From assembly GCA_043228905.1 (NCBI GenBank), contig JBHGNT010000012.1:3410001-3474000 (forward strand): a stretch of 64,000 bases of DNA, in the 5' to 3' direction. This document shows, piece after piece, positions 13,697 to 26,342 of this stretch (its first letter is position 1; each line of letters starts with the position of its first letter). The notes beneath the pieces were generated by a model, which was given only the letters and a program-made list of their open reading frames with translations, was not told where the DNA came from and did no database searches. The position numbers and the translations under genes are program-made. This stretch comes from Azolla caroliniana. Its lineage: Eukaryota > Plantae > Polypodiophyta.

Positions 13697-15260
13697 TGAC
13701 GGGAACTCAACGTTGTCGTAGTGTAGGTTGCACACTATGTGGAAATTATATTTTTGTCCCTCCGGATAGAGAATGGAGTGCTCGGTGAGAACCGGAAGAA
13801 AACGGCAACCGGCAAGGAAGAAAACGGCAACCGGCAAGGAGGAAAACGGCATACCGGCAAGGAAGAAAACGGCATACCGGCAAGGAAGAGCCGGATAAAG
13901 AGACATAAATGTAAAAAGAAAGGAAATATTTACTACTGCGCAGGGCGTGATTCGAACTCTGCACCTCCACGTTGACAAACCCCAACCTTACCATTACATT
14001 AAATTATCTTAAGTGTTTTAAATATAGATTTAATATGTATAAGACCTTTATTTATGCATACCTTTATTAAAAGGTAAATCGTATATTTCTTTAATATATG
14101 AAAAAGAAAAAACACGAGACACTAAAAATAACTCATGCACATCTAGCGTGCATGAGCCCTATACTTAGGAAATAAAAAAGCATCACATGCACATTTAGTG
14201 GACATGAACACTTTTTGTAAAAAAAAAAGCATGAAGCCACGCTTAGCTCTTCTTTCCTTATATAAGGAGGAGAGAAATATGTAAAGGGTTGTTGATTATT
14301 TGGATTAAGTATTAATCAATACAAAAATTATTCGTGGGATTCACGATTTATACATCTACTTCTCTCTTAACACCCTAAGTACCAATTAATATAGTATACT
14401 CGTGTGATTCACGAGTTTCTTATCTTTCTCTTTGCTATTTACTCTTAATTAATCTCTATCTCACGAACTTCTTTCTCCTAGTCCAAGACCTCTGTGGTTC
14501 CCACCCGACTCACGCAACGATCCGCAGCCGAAAGGCACGACAACGTTCCTTATGCGCAACGCTCGGCCACAACCGAGATTCTTTTCATACACAGAAAACG
14601 GGAAATAGAACACGAATCAAAGGAGAGGAAGGTACACAGGAGAATTACGTGGAAAACCCCAAACTAGGGGAAAAAACCACGGCAGCCCATGGGCTGCAAA
14701 CTGTCACTATATAAGAATGTACAAAAAAAACAGTGAGTTCACGGAGGCAACGACCTCGTGCTCACGATCTTCGCCACAAGCGGCGGTTACAACAGAGGCT
14801 ACGACCTCGTCTCTCTCTCTCTCTATACAATTACGTACTGTCTCTTCTTCTTGCACCAACAAGAAAAATAACAACCCCACATATTAGTTTGCCCTAAGTC
14901 ATATTTATACTAATATGACTTTTCGGCTATTTACAAATATAGCCACAATGGGCTCTCAGAAACATATTTACGAATATGTCTCTTCCTCCGGTTCATATCG
15001 GGTCTGCACCATCCGGCTCTCCGTAACCGGGTACTCCTCATCCGGTTCATACCGGGCCTGCACCATCCGGCTCTCCGTAGCCGGGTACTCCTCATCCGGT
15101 TCATGCCAGGTCTGCACCATCCGGCTCTCCGTAGCCGGGTACTCCTCATCCGGTTCATACCGGGCCTGCACCATCCGGCTCTCCGTAGCCGGGTCCTCCT
15201 CATACGGTTCATCGGCATTGTTCTTCTCCCTTCCCATACGGAGGGACTTGTTTCCCAACA
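13697..15260 (-). mobile_element. Solo copia LTR (family E, same family as 62524-63309)
   Basis: TG..CA termini; TSD AATAC (13692-13696, 15261-15265). Reverse complement matches LTR 62524-63309, including the ~57-bp tandem repeats at 14985-15200. Confidence 0.92.
13714..14542 (+). mobile_element. Solo LTR of the family of element C (46057-49632)
   Basis: TGTCGTAGTG..GGCACGACA; TSD ACGT (13710-13713, 14543-14546); ~22-bp repeats at 13790-13890. Confidence 0.93.
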
Positions 15261-15290
15261 AATACAGCCATTATACACTTGTATTCGACA

Positions 15291-15454
15291 CTTTTTACGA
15301 AAACACAGTGATCAACTTGTGTTTTCTGGAACCAATGTTCCATCATGAAGGACTCCAACTTCTTGTACCATTGGCATGGTGCTTGTTTTGGTCCGTACAA
15401 GCTTTTCCTCAATCGACACACCAGATTCTATTTCCCTTTCTCCTCAAAGCCTTC
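15291..15454 (-). pseudogene. copia-3 RT fragment
   Basis: EGFEEKGK*NLVCRLRKSLYGPKQAPCQWYKK..DHCVFVK. Confidence 0.85.
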
Positions 15455-15474
15455 GCCAGGATCCGCGGCCTGCA

Positions 15475-15770
15475 CCAAGAACTGGAACACGAACGGACGT
15501 GAGCGACCATGGGTGGTCCTCATCAAAAACACGAAAGGGCATGAGCGACCATGCGGCCCTCACCGAAAACTAAACACGAACGGACATGAGCGACCATGCG
15601 GCCCTCACTGAGAACTGAACACGAACGGGGATGAGAGACCATGCGGCGCAAACCAAGAACTGGAACACGAACGGACGCGAGCGACCATGTGGCCCTCACT
15701 GATAATTGAACACGAGCGAACGTGAGCGACCATGCGACCCTCATTGAGAACTAGAACAACAACGGGCGAA
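15475..15770. repeat. ~45-bp tandem repeat inside element D
   Basis: About 6 copies of GAGCGACCATGCGGCCCTCA..GAACACGAACGG; a further copy at about 7520. Confidence 0.85.
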
Positions 15771-16726
15771 GGAGTGCAAGTGAAGCGGTCGACTTGACTT
15801 CTTCTATTATGAGAGGGTAAATAGTCGAGGTTGACCCAAGACACGGCACAAACGGTAGTGCTAGCGACAAACCCACGTGATCCCCACTAGGAAAGTGAGC
15901 AATTGTGATCCCCACCGAAACTAGAAGGTGAGTGATCGAAATTGGTCCTCACCAACAGAAAGTGGCACGAGACTTGAACTATAACGAAAATGCAGTGCAA
16001 GCAAGCAATGATCTGATCCCCACCAAGAAAGTGAGCAGTTGTGACCCCCACCGGAACTGGGAAGGTGAGTGATCGAAAGCATTCCTCACAAAAACCGTGA
16101 TGCAAAATGATACCTAACAATGATGATAAGTAGTGTTGATGATGACGATGGTTGGGCGAAGAGGTGCTGAAAATGATGATGTCGAAGATGTCAAGGATGT
16201 TGATGACGGTAACTACGGAAGCAACGACGGTGATGATGGTAACTCTAGATGCAAAGGCGATGACGAAGACGAGTGGTGCTTCCAGTTGGAAGGGATTCAA
16301 ATTGTCACGGACACACCAACCGCGGAGTAGGCATGGATGACACTAGAAACGAACAAGAGAATGAAGACAAAAATAAAGATCAAGGAGACAAAGATGAGGT
16401 GAAACGTGAATACTAGATTGATGTGTCAATGATTGGTGTTGAATCCCTTGAAACGGACCAAGGAGGTTACAAATATTTATACATGTTCCGAGATTTCATA
16501 TCTCTAGAATATACTTGAGAAATATCTCTAGAATATGTCGTACAATATTTCTAGAATATTCTGATTCTGAAATGTATTATATACTAGACTATAGAATACT
16601 AAACTATTATGTACAAATGCATGCTCATATCAAAATGGTTGAGCATGACATCTTGTAGTTGTGAGGTTGTAGGTGCAATCATCACTCACTACGTATTTAA
16701 CAGATTCGTTGTGTCGTGACACTCTT

Positions 16727-17403
16727 GATGTTCAAGAACTTTACTAATGAATGTTGTAATTGAGAGTGCACATTGTGGTTGTGAGACAAATTCGTGTAAG
16801 GATTGAGCTTGGTCAAAGATGTGTGGAAAGCATGGTCGAATATGATCAAAGGCAGAGCATTGTATTTAGGGCAAAGTGTGCATAGTGGACCACTCTCATC
16901 ACTTGAGTTGTGTTCCAACGCCCTATCTCTAGGTGTGTTCCAATGCCCTATCTCCAAGATTGCATGTGTTCTTAAATGCATAATATGCTCGCTTCCTTGC
17001 CTCTAAATGGCGAGTAACATATTCATTCTATCTATGGTTTGAGGGAATTTCAGGGCCAAGATATTTGAAGCTTTCCACACATTCAAGTGGCTCTTGATGG
17101 ACATAATGCATGGCTTATCTTTTTTTTGTCTCTTCACAAGCATAATCTTTGTTTTAGAGCTATTAACACTTAATTTTGTATGCGTGCAAAAACATTTCAA
17201 TGCCTTCATAAGTTTTTGCGCATCTCCTAAAGTATTTGCAAAAAGCACTACATCATCCCCATATAGGAAAAGCATAATGACAACATTCCCAATTGCAACT
17301 TCTTTAACACCATCTTCCTTTACAAACATGGCAACCATTTCTTCCAATTCATCAATGCATAGACCAAATAGCGTTGGTGAGAGTGGGCATCCTTGCTTCA
17401 CAC

Positions 17404-17407
<4 letters not shown>
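16727..17407 (-). mobile_element. 5'-truncated non-LTR retrotransposon (LINE) RT and C-terminal fragment; 3' tail displaced to about 6846-6932 by element D
   Basis: GVKQGCPLSPTLFGLCIDEL..LYGDDVVL..KLSVNSSKTKIM (17003-17401) and a C-terminal HLRTH..IGHW..LCTLCPKY region. Confidence 0.88.

Positions 17408-17438
<31 letters not shown>
17407..17438. repeat. (GA)n microsatellite at the LINE 5' junction
   Basis: Perfect AG run abutting the RT fragment. Confidence 0.97.
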
Positions 17439-17441
<3 letters not shown>

Positions 17442-19229
17442 TTGTTTTAAGAAGCATGACTACCCATATATATAAGAAGCATACCTACCCCATAGTGTTT
17501 CATCACTTCATTGTTTTGGAGAGAGAGACTCTAATAGTGTGGCAAAGTTGTAGCTTCATCCATTCATAAAAAAAATTATATTTTTATATTTACATTGTCT
17601 TTTTGGAGTTACGAATGAATGATTTATATTATTCTTTGGGCTTTTTTATTCCATTCAAAAATCATTTGAATCATTCTCGAGCATAAACATGTTCTTGAGC
17701 ACAAATGATTCAACTATGATTAGGATGTGTCTCAAAAGTTACATTAATATACCCACTCCTAAGTCAAGGAAGAAGTGAATTTCTCTTTAGAAGTGAACCT
17801 TGTAACCTTTTACATATTCCTCTTCACCCTTATCTTCACTTGCGATAATCATAGCAATAGTACAATATACAATAAGGCTTAAGCATTGTCTAACACTACA
17901 TAGTCGGGGAATACCTTATATTTTCGTCCTAAGCGATTCTTGATAAATAAAAGTATTATACACGCGTGCCTCCTTCAAACTCAAAGTACAATCCATATCC
18001 ATAACCGATGGTATGGAACACTAGCACAGAATTGGATCCGTCTCCCATCTTTGTTAGGTGGGATTTTGTGGACTAGCTCTTCTCCCGATTTTCTCTCTTA
18101 ATTGTGCTTACATCATCATTTGGATATCCTTCGCCTTTGATCCAACAACACTACCAAAATATCATAGAGTAAAAACAGAAAGATCTTTTACAAAATCAAG
18201 AAACAATTGTGATTGGTACTTTTGCTTGGAAAACATTGCTCGGTTACATTGCAACAATGTTAATCATATCTCTCAAACAAATAAAACATTAATCCCAATA
18301 ATAATATTCTCACATACAATTGGAGTTTACTACCTCAAGTTGGGTTTTTTCAATGAAGGCGATTTAGAAATCATCTAACCCTAAGTAGGCATTTTGACTA
18401 ACAAAAATGTATGTGATCATTGTTCCTATCAAGAGTTTTCTCTGAATAAGATTATCTGACATGAGAGGTTTGGTATTCAAAGGCTACGTGACATCCCATA
18501 AAGTGACCTCATGATTTGTCACCTCATAAATTCATTGAAAAGGAACATTGGTAGTAGTTTAGTACATTGCTAATTGTGAAAGTGTTTTTAGAATTCAAGG
18601 TATTGAACACTACAAGAATATAAGGTATGAAGCATTCACATCCGGAGGTCAAGAACTAAAAGCAAGACATGTGGAGAAAAGTAAAAGAAGAAAAAAGCAG
18701 GCCACCAAAATACAGCCTGAAACGAACGCTCATAACTCATTCGTTTGGAAGACAAATATCATGTTCAAATATAGCTTGGAAAGCTTGTAAAGAGAGCTAT
18801 CCGTAAATTTGGATCTCGGATGAGGGAGATACGAAGATTAGAATATTGTTGTGTCAGAGCTAAGAATAGGAGATGGAAAAGCTCTAAAGAAAGTGTGGAA
18901 AAGAAAGCAAGGGAAACTTATCTAGTAGAGGAAAACTTCATATAAAGCAAGAAGAGTAAGGTGGTGGTGAAGGGTCTCTTTCTTGTGGTGATTTCTTTCC
19001 AATTCATGTAGTGTTGTTTGAGTTCTTATCAATAGATATTTGTAGTTGTATCTTCTTTCTCTCTTCCTTCTATCATGATCATTCATGATTAATAGATCTT
19101 TGTAGTTTTAGATTTATATATCTTCTTTATCTTTTGTTTCTATCATCACTCTTTCATTTTGGCGCTCCAGGGAGGGTCAATCTTTTCCGCTTCTTGGGAA
19201 GATTGATTGTGCCGTAGTATTATGTAGAT

Positions 19230-20758
19230 ATGGCTTTTCAATTTGCCCTTGCAGGTGATGGTGTTCAGGATGCAGGAGCTTTTTTGACATCCTTCGAGCA
19301 TCACGCGGTTTCAATCAGGAAGGTGAATGACATAGAGAAAGTTCCCTTATTGGTGGCAACTTTCTACTCAAGAGCCCGGGAGTGGTATGAGTCCCTATCT
19401 CCCAACCAACAAAGCAACTACCAATTGCTCGTTCAACAATTTCGAAGCAGGTACTCTTTGCGTTGCATATGCAACAACAATGGATTATTCTACGTACAAG
19501 AGGGTATTCAAAGAGTTTTGATCAACCTGGATCTGTCTACGAGGAGGCGTAGAGGATGAGTGGTTCAAGATGGATCGCTTCAAGGCGGGCTTGAATCCCT
19601 ACTTTGCAATGGAGGCGAATTTGAAGGACCCAACCAATTTTCAAACTCTTCTATAAGTGTGTCAAGTCTATGATAGACAACTAAAAGTGATGCGGATGGG
19701 AGTTGATACAACGATGGCGATAGCTAGTGTGAATGTGGTGCTGATTATAAATGCTTCATATCCATTCTCTATTGTACATGGAGGATAGGTTTTTCCGAAC
19801 ATATTTAATTCTACTTTAACTAACCAAGATAGTATGCCAATGATGCGATATGTAGATCATTCAAGAACTGATGGAAGTTTCCCCGAGCAACTAAACCGAC
19901 GACTTGACGAGCTAACGAATCAATTCCGCCAAATGCAAGCAAGTTTCAACACCAATCAAATTCGAGAGGTGCCACAAGAAAAACGAGTCCTAGTTTGTTA
20001 TTCTTGTGGTGTTAAAGGCCATATTGCTACACTGTGTCCTTCGAGACGACAAGGAGATTTAGGACGAGGTATTTATCAAGTTCAAGGAGTTTCAAATTCC
20101 CCTAACAACCATGCAAACAACAATAATCAAGCTTCTATGGATGGAGGACCATTGCCAATTGCTCAAGTTCCAACAATACCCCCCAATGTAAATCTTCTTG
20201 ATTTTATGTATGATACTGACGATGATTGTGATGTTGTTCCAATCAAGAGAACTCGATCAACCCATAAGGGCAAAGAGGTGGAAGGTGAGTCAAGTAACCC
20301 TCAAATAAAGAAAAAAGCTAAGGAGTCTAAGATGGAGAATCCTTCAAAAAGACGTCGTTCAAGGAGAAAGATCAATATGGAGAAAATGCCCATGGGGAAA
20401 GGAGTGGAGCCTTTCGACCTCAAGCAAGAGTTGATTACTAATGGACCCCGGATCACTTGGCCGCAACTTCTTCAACTCTCTCCAAAGATACGGAAGGAAT
20501 GGGGACAACTAGCGAGCATACATCAAAGTACCAAAATAGTGCACTATGCGGAGATTGTACGAGTGAAGGAACAAAAGGATATTCGACCCATTATTTCGGT
20601 AACCATGAAAGTTCTTTTAAGTAAGGATGCCTTAGTAAATACTGGTATTGGAATTTGTCCTTCATCCAATGTCATAGTGAGTAAGATTGGAATCCTATTT
20701 GTCAAAAAGTCCTCCAACATGGTTGACAAGGGTTTGGTTCCTTGTTTGGGAGCTATAG
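19230..20758 (+). pseudogene. gag: Element F gag (CCHC knuckle) and start of protease
   Basis: ORFs 19230-19559 (RAREWYESL) and 19834-20898 (CX2CX4HX4C). Confidence 0.85.
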
Positions 20759-22179
20759 GGGTGGAAGCACGCTACGGTGTACCAAAAAAGTACTATTTTT
20801 TGCCACAAAAATTGTCAGTACTTTCAATACTGTTAGTATTGAATAATTCAAAAAAAAAAATCAGAGAAAAAAAAAATCGATTTTGGAGTGTGGGGTGACT
20901 GTAGTACAAGTGTCATTTACTACAAGGAGAGGGGGGAACATGTGAGGAGATGTTCTTTCCATTTTGGGGGCTATTTTCCCCTCACGTCGATTTTGGCGCT
21001 TCCCCTCACGTCATTTTTGGTGGTTCCCCTCATACTCCTCTTCCTCTATCCCTCTGAGCTCTTCATCTCAGACATCCATGTCACATTTCTCCTTTTCCTC
21101 CCATCTAAGAGTTTTGTTAGGGTTTAGGGAGCAAATCTCAGACATCCATGTCAGGTTGGAGCTTTTGAGTTAAGGATTTCTGGTTTTTTTAGGGTTTCTA
21201 TTTTTGTTAGGGTTTAGGTTGAGGAACAGAAACCCTTCTGAGGCCTCTTATAACAGCCAATGGTGACTTCTTCGACAACGACTTTCTTACTTCCACCAAT
21301 TGCAGTTTATGTCGTGGTGATTTGGGGCTTTTTCCATCGAGGCGAGGATCCTTCCACTGAATCCAGGCGGCATATCACAAAGATTCAAGGCGCCCTCCAC
21401 CATTGGAGGTTCTTTCTAGCAAATCGAAGTGGCATATCACACAGAATCAACGCTCCCGCCACCATTGGAGGTTCCTTCCATCCATTTTTTTTTTTTCAGG
21501 TCCACTAAAATTTTTCATTTCTTCATTTTTCAATACTAAATTTTTAGATTTTACAATTGTCAAATTTGTACGTTGTCGCGAAGATTCGCGCGTGCGTGTG
21601 CTACTCGAGCGACCACTGGGGTCTTGGACTGGGGAGGATGTTCGCGGAATTATCGAAGAGATGACGATCAATGTAAGATTAGATGAAATTGGTTTACTTG
21701 AGAAGAAGAAAAATTGTACACTTGAGAAGTAGAAAAATATGAAGAAGATAAAGACAAATATTATATTGATGATAATGGTGTTGGTGATATCACATATTGA
21801 GCCCCCCTTACACAAGCCCAACTAGAGGCTTTTATAGGTCTTTCCATGCTCGTGACATGCACAAAACCATGGGCTAAAACCATGGTTTTGTGCACACGGT
21901 TTTGCTTATGTCATGCACAAACCATGGGTTTAAAACCATGGTTTTGTGCACATGGTTTTCTATGGTTGTTTCGTCTATAATTTGTATATGAAAAGGAAAT
22001 ACATAACATCTACACTATATGATAGTTGTCCTAGTGGTAAGGCAATTATCTTGTATCTTAGAGGTGCAAGGTTCAAACCTTGCTTGCACCCCTCTGTATG
22101 AACTCAAGTGCCACTAGGCCTTAGGAGGCTTATTTGCTAAGTGTATGTGCAATGTTGCACATCCTTGGTTTATTCGTCT

Positions 22180-25167
22180 CACTCGGTTTCACACCGTAGC
22201 CGAAAATTGTCACGACATCCACCCCCACCAAACCCGCACATCCTCCGGTATGTGCCGAGAAAGGTGAAGAGGTGAGATCTTTGGCAACGGTGATCAACCG
22301 AGTTCCTCGTCTGACTTCGTCTTCCACTTCGAGTATGCGCAATCTTTCCAACTGAACCACCGTAGCCACCCGATCCACCATATCCAGCGCTCACACCTTC
22401 TTCCCCGATCGGTTGTAGTAGATCTACCGAACGATGTCGTCGATACGACCGCTCTTCCTTCGTCCACCGCGCGTGTCCTTCGATTGGACTCCTGGTCACT
22501 CCTCACGCTCACCGTCTTCAACTGGGTATTGTAGATCGTTCGTGTCGATCTCCGATTAGGCCGGGTTTGCCCTTGTCCGGATCGGTCTCCACCGATCGCT
22601 TCTTGGCTTGGTTGGCCTTCGTCTGCATTCACATTTCCCCGGGTCGGGCTCGACCGATTGATTCTGGCTGGGTCGGCCCCCTTTTGGATCGGAATCGTCC
22701 GATCGATTTTCGCCGAATCAGGTTTCGGCCGGGTCGGCCCCGGTCGATCGGCTCCCATGTGGATCTTCCTTCGTTCAGGTCGGAATCCCGGCCGGATCGT
22801 CTTCCGGTTCAACCGGTTCTCGACTCTTCCTTCCTTCCCGCATGCAACCTCTCCATCGAACTCAACCGCAGCTTCATCCTTGGCCTCCACATCGGCCATA
22901 TCCTTCCCTCCATGTATGCTCGCCGCGAGCCATATTGTCTCCTCTTCGCCACCTCCTTTATCTTCGGTCTTATGTCGACACACGGTCTCGACTGCCGAAG
23001 TCTCCGGAACCAGTGTGAAGGAATCCCTTCGCTCATGCACTTTTACCTTGTCTTCTTCATCGCCCTTCCGGTCGTCCTCTTTTTTGTCCACACATTCCGT
23101 CTCTCCGGTCTCACGTTGGCGCACGTGCACAACCGCCGAAGTCTCTAGAATAGGTGTGGGGATATCCTTTCTTCCTCGATCTTCTTCCTCCTTGTGTTGG
23201 GCCTTTGTCTTCCCGTCACCACCTTCCGTCTCTCCGGTCTCACGTTGGCACATGGGCGCAACCGCCGAAGTCTCTGGAACAAGCGTGAAGAAAGTGTCGA
23301 CATGGCTATCCGTCGTCGACTCATCCATAGCCACCTCCGACTCGATGTCGTTTGTCATGGCTACCTCCTCAATCTCTTCAGACTCAAACACTTTTTCTCC
23401 CTCGATCATGCAAGCTTTTCTCATGCTTGCGCCGTCATCACCCGATGTTTCGTACACAATGCGTTGTCGTGCCTTTCGGCTCCGGATCGTTTGCGTGAGT
23501 CAGGTGGGAACCGCCGAGGTTTTGGACTAAGAGAAAGAAGAATATGAGATGAGGCTAGTAATGAATAGATTATTAGAAAGAGAGATAGAAATTTCGTGAA
23601 TCCCACGAGTGTATTGTATTCGATTAATCAATATTTAGATAAGAATATGTATTTAGATTGAAAGAAAGATATAAGAAACTTGTGAATCCCACAAGTATAG
23701 ATTATATTATTTTCGTGAATCCCACAATTATATTAATTGGTGTTTTAGGAAATATATCCAATTTCCCAAATATTTTTCACACACCTATTACATTGTGCTC
23801 CCCATCCTTATGTAGTGATGAGGGAGTCCATGCTTTTTTTTTTCTAACTATAGACTCCATGCTTTTCCTATAGATAGACTATATGCTTTATCTAAAGTGA
23901 TCATGCTTTTTCTAACTTGTGCGTTTTTTTTATCAACTATAGCGTTCATGCACGCTAGATGTGCATGTGTAGCTTTTTCTTTTAGCATGCGTTTTCTTTT
24001 AACTAAAGTTTATCCTAGGTGAACTAAGCTTTCTATGTGGAACATCTATTTTTAAACACAAATGAAATGCTAGTGTAATGGTAAGACATTACATTATTAA
24101 CATGGAGGTGCAAGGTTCGAATCTTGCCCTATGCATGTTATATAAATTTTAATATTTTCTACTATTTATTCATATTTATTAAATTGGTACTTTATAAGTT
24201 TTTCACGTAGTGTACAAAATACACTACGACAGCGTGTTCCGAAACATTTATCCTCCCTCGAAGTGGCGTTCGTCATCCTCGAGTCATCGGCCTCCTCCTT
24301 CGCCGTCGTTTCTTTGTAAGACAAGAAGGTGACTTGTTTCACACCTTCTCTCTCGGTACCGTCATACCGAACCAGAGCCTTTGTATCGGCCACTTCATTA
24401 ACCCGCATTTGTTGGGAGGTCTCTTCTTCCTCGATCGCCATTCGCCTCGGTTTTGTCTCCCTTTTAAGCTTCATTTCTTTTGTTGGTGGCGCGTTGTTGC
24501 ATCTCGTCCCTCTTCGATCGTCCCTCATGGGCCGTCTTGTTGTCGCCGATATTCTCGCTTGCCCCTTATCGTGTAGTCGGCATACACTTTCCACTTTGCT
24601 CCAATCCTCGATGAGGCCATTTGCACCATCATCTTCTTCGAGTTTGAGACCGATCGCCATCCTTTCCATTCGATTGATTGACTTCACGAACATAAGGACC
24701 TTATCGACCCCCACCAATCTTTGTTCCCGCTCCGACAATTGAGAAAAATGATGCTCGAAGTCTACGAATGCTTGTGTCGCACCTTGGTGGGTCTTCGCTG
24801 ATGTCACCCATTGGTCGAAGTTGCGTCGATCTTGTCCCTTTAGTCTCTCATAGTCATATTCCTCCAATAGAGCCTTCTCGAAAGTTGCCCACGAATCATG
24901 AGCTTCTAGAAGCTCTTTTACATCTTTGAAGATCGGTTGAGACACCACCCGACAAAAGTACTCTAGCCTCATAGCTTTGTCCACACCTCTTGAATCCATC
25001 TCCGCATTGTAGACTTTTAGGAAACTTTGGACTTCGGCACCGTTGAAATAGCTCATTCGTTCGACTACCTTGTCGACGGCTTGTTGGGCTTCATTTCTTC
25101 TTTTCCCTTCTCTCAGAAACTCCATCATCCTTTTTGACATTGCTTCCATGAGATATTCGCCATCCAT
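22180..25167 (-). pseudogene. gag: Element B Gag-like ORF, split by a solo LTR
   Basis: ORFs 24166-25167 and 22294-23457, homologous to the 736-aa ORF of element C (FNG..V..L..Y.AEM, LSEREQRLVG.DKVLMFVKSI, WWIGW..WFxWK). Confidence 0.8.
23465..24231 (-). mobile_element. Solo LTR, C-family variant
   Basis: TGTCGTGCCTTTCGG..CACTACGACA; TSD GCGT (23461-23464, 24232-24235). Confidence 0.93.
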
Positions 25168-25859
25168 CTTCGTCCTCCCCTGTTGCTCTTCACGTCGGGT
25201 TCACCAAATGATGTCGCGAAGATTCGCGCATGCGTGTGCTACTCGAGCGACCACTGGGGTCTTGGACTGGGGAGGATGTTCGCGGAATTATCGAAGAGAT
25301 GACGATCAATGTAAGATTAGATGAAATTGGTTTACTTGAGAAGAAGAAAAATTGTACACTTGAGAAGTAGAAAAATATGAAGAAGATAAAGACAAATATT
25401 ATATTGATGATAATGGTGTTGGTGATATCACATATTGAGCCCCCCTTACACAAGCCCAACTAGAGGCTTTTATAGGTCTTTCCATGCTCGTGACATGCAC
25501 AAAACCATGGGCTAAAACCATGGTTTTGTGCACACGGTTTTGCTTATGTCATGCACAAACCATGGGTTTAAAACCATGGTTTTGTGCACATGGTTTTCTA
25601 TGATTGTTTCGTCTATAATTTGTATATGAAAAGGAAATACATAACATCTACACTATATGATAGTTGTCCTAGTGGTAAGGCAATTATCTTGTATCTTAGA
25701 GGTGCAAGGTTCAAACCTTGCTTGCACCCCTCTGTATGAACTCAAGTGCCACTAGGCCTTAGGAGGCTTATTTGCTAAGTGTATGTGCAATGTTGCACAT
25801 CCTTGGTTTATTCGTCTCACTCGGTTTCACACCGTAGCCGAAAATTGTCACGACAACGT

Positions 25860-26220
25860 CGTGCTTCCACCATTGGAGGTTCCTTCCAGCAAATCGAGGC
25901 AGCATATCACACTGAATCAACGCTCGCGCCACCATTGGAGGTTCCTTCCATCCATTTTTTTATTTTCAGGACTAAAATTTTTCATTTCTTCATTTTTCAG
26001 TACTAAATTTTTAGATTTTACAATTGTCAAATTTGTACGTCGTGCTTCCACCATTGGAGGTTCCTTCCAACAAATCGAGGCAGCATATCACACTGAATCA
26101 ACGCTCCCGCCACCATTGCAGGTTCAGTCCATCCATTTTTTTATTTTCAGGACTAAAATTTTTCATTTCTTCATTTTTCAGTACTAAATTTTTAGATTTT
26201 ACAATTGTCATATTTGATCC
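25860..26220. repeat. ~180-bp subterminal tandem repeats of the Sola2 element (continuing at about 21395-21573)
   Basis: Repeated CCACCATTGGAGGTTCCTTCC..TTTACAATTGTCAAATTTGTACGT units on both sides of element B. Confidence 0.88.
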
Positions 26221-26342
26221 GTGATTCTAATGTTCGAAACGAATTATTTCTCACTTTGCAGGCCACATTTAAAAACATTTGGCTGTGTTTTCTTAGTGTA
26301 GTCTATATAACATTAACTACTCTCGCCGGATAGTTAATTTTT

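Larger units (their letters stand above)
9046..15290 (-). mobile_element. 3'-truncated Ty1/copia element (copia-2)
   Basis: 5' LTR 13418-15290 (interrupted 13697-15265); PBS TGGTATCAGTGC at 13404-13415. gag with CNYCKKLGHIKADC and PR LLDSG (11817-12767), INT (10531-11636), RT IYVDDML (9680-10147), RNH GYTDSDFAG (9221-9643). Joined to copia-3 RT at about 9045. Confidence 0.9.
6938..16721 (-). mobile_element. Non-autonomous TRIM-like LTR element D hosting nested copia insertions
   Basis: Related LTRs 6938-7439 and 16303-16721 (T[G/A]TCACGG..GTGACA); near-TSD CTCTC/CTCTT. Minus-strand TATA in the LTR and PPT-like AAAGGGGTGGA at 7443-7453. Own internal sequence is short and repetitive (7440-7545, 15455-16302). 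No clear PBS. Confidence 0.8.
21574..25855 (-). mobile_element. gag-only LTR element B, tRNA-Trp primed
   Basis: 644-bp near-identical LTRs 21574-22217 and 25212-25855; TSD ACGT. 18-nt PBS at 25189-25206 (TTCACGTCGGGTTCACCA on + strand, the 3' end of plant tRNA-Trp); PPT GGTGGGGGTGGA at 22218-22229. No pol. Confidence 0.94.

Noticed and set aside
14915-15502. Repetitive ORFs (also 62424-62895) and a superficial CRISPR-like periodicity
   Set aside because: Head-to-tail ~57-bp LTR repeats without unique spacers; eukaryotic context and no cas genes.
22024-22092. Possible genuine tRNA genes at the A/B-box modules
   Set aside because: No convincing acceptor or anticodon stem, and always embedded in LTRs; reported as tRNA-like only.
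22567-23530. Long antisense ORFs opposite the B and C Gag-like frames (also 46984-47712)
   Set aside because: Ser/Phe-rich shadows of low-complexity coding sequence with no recognisable motifs.
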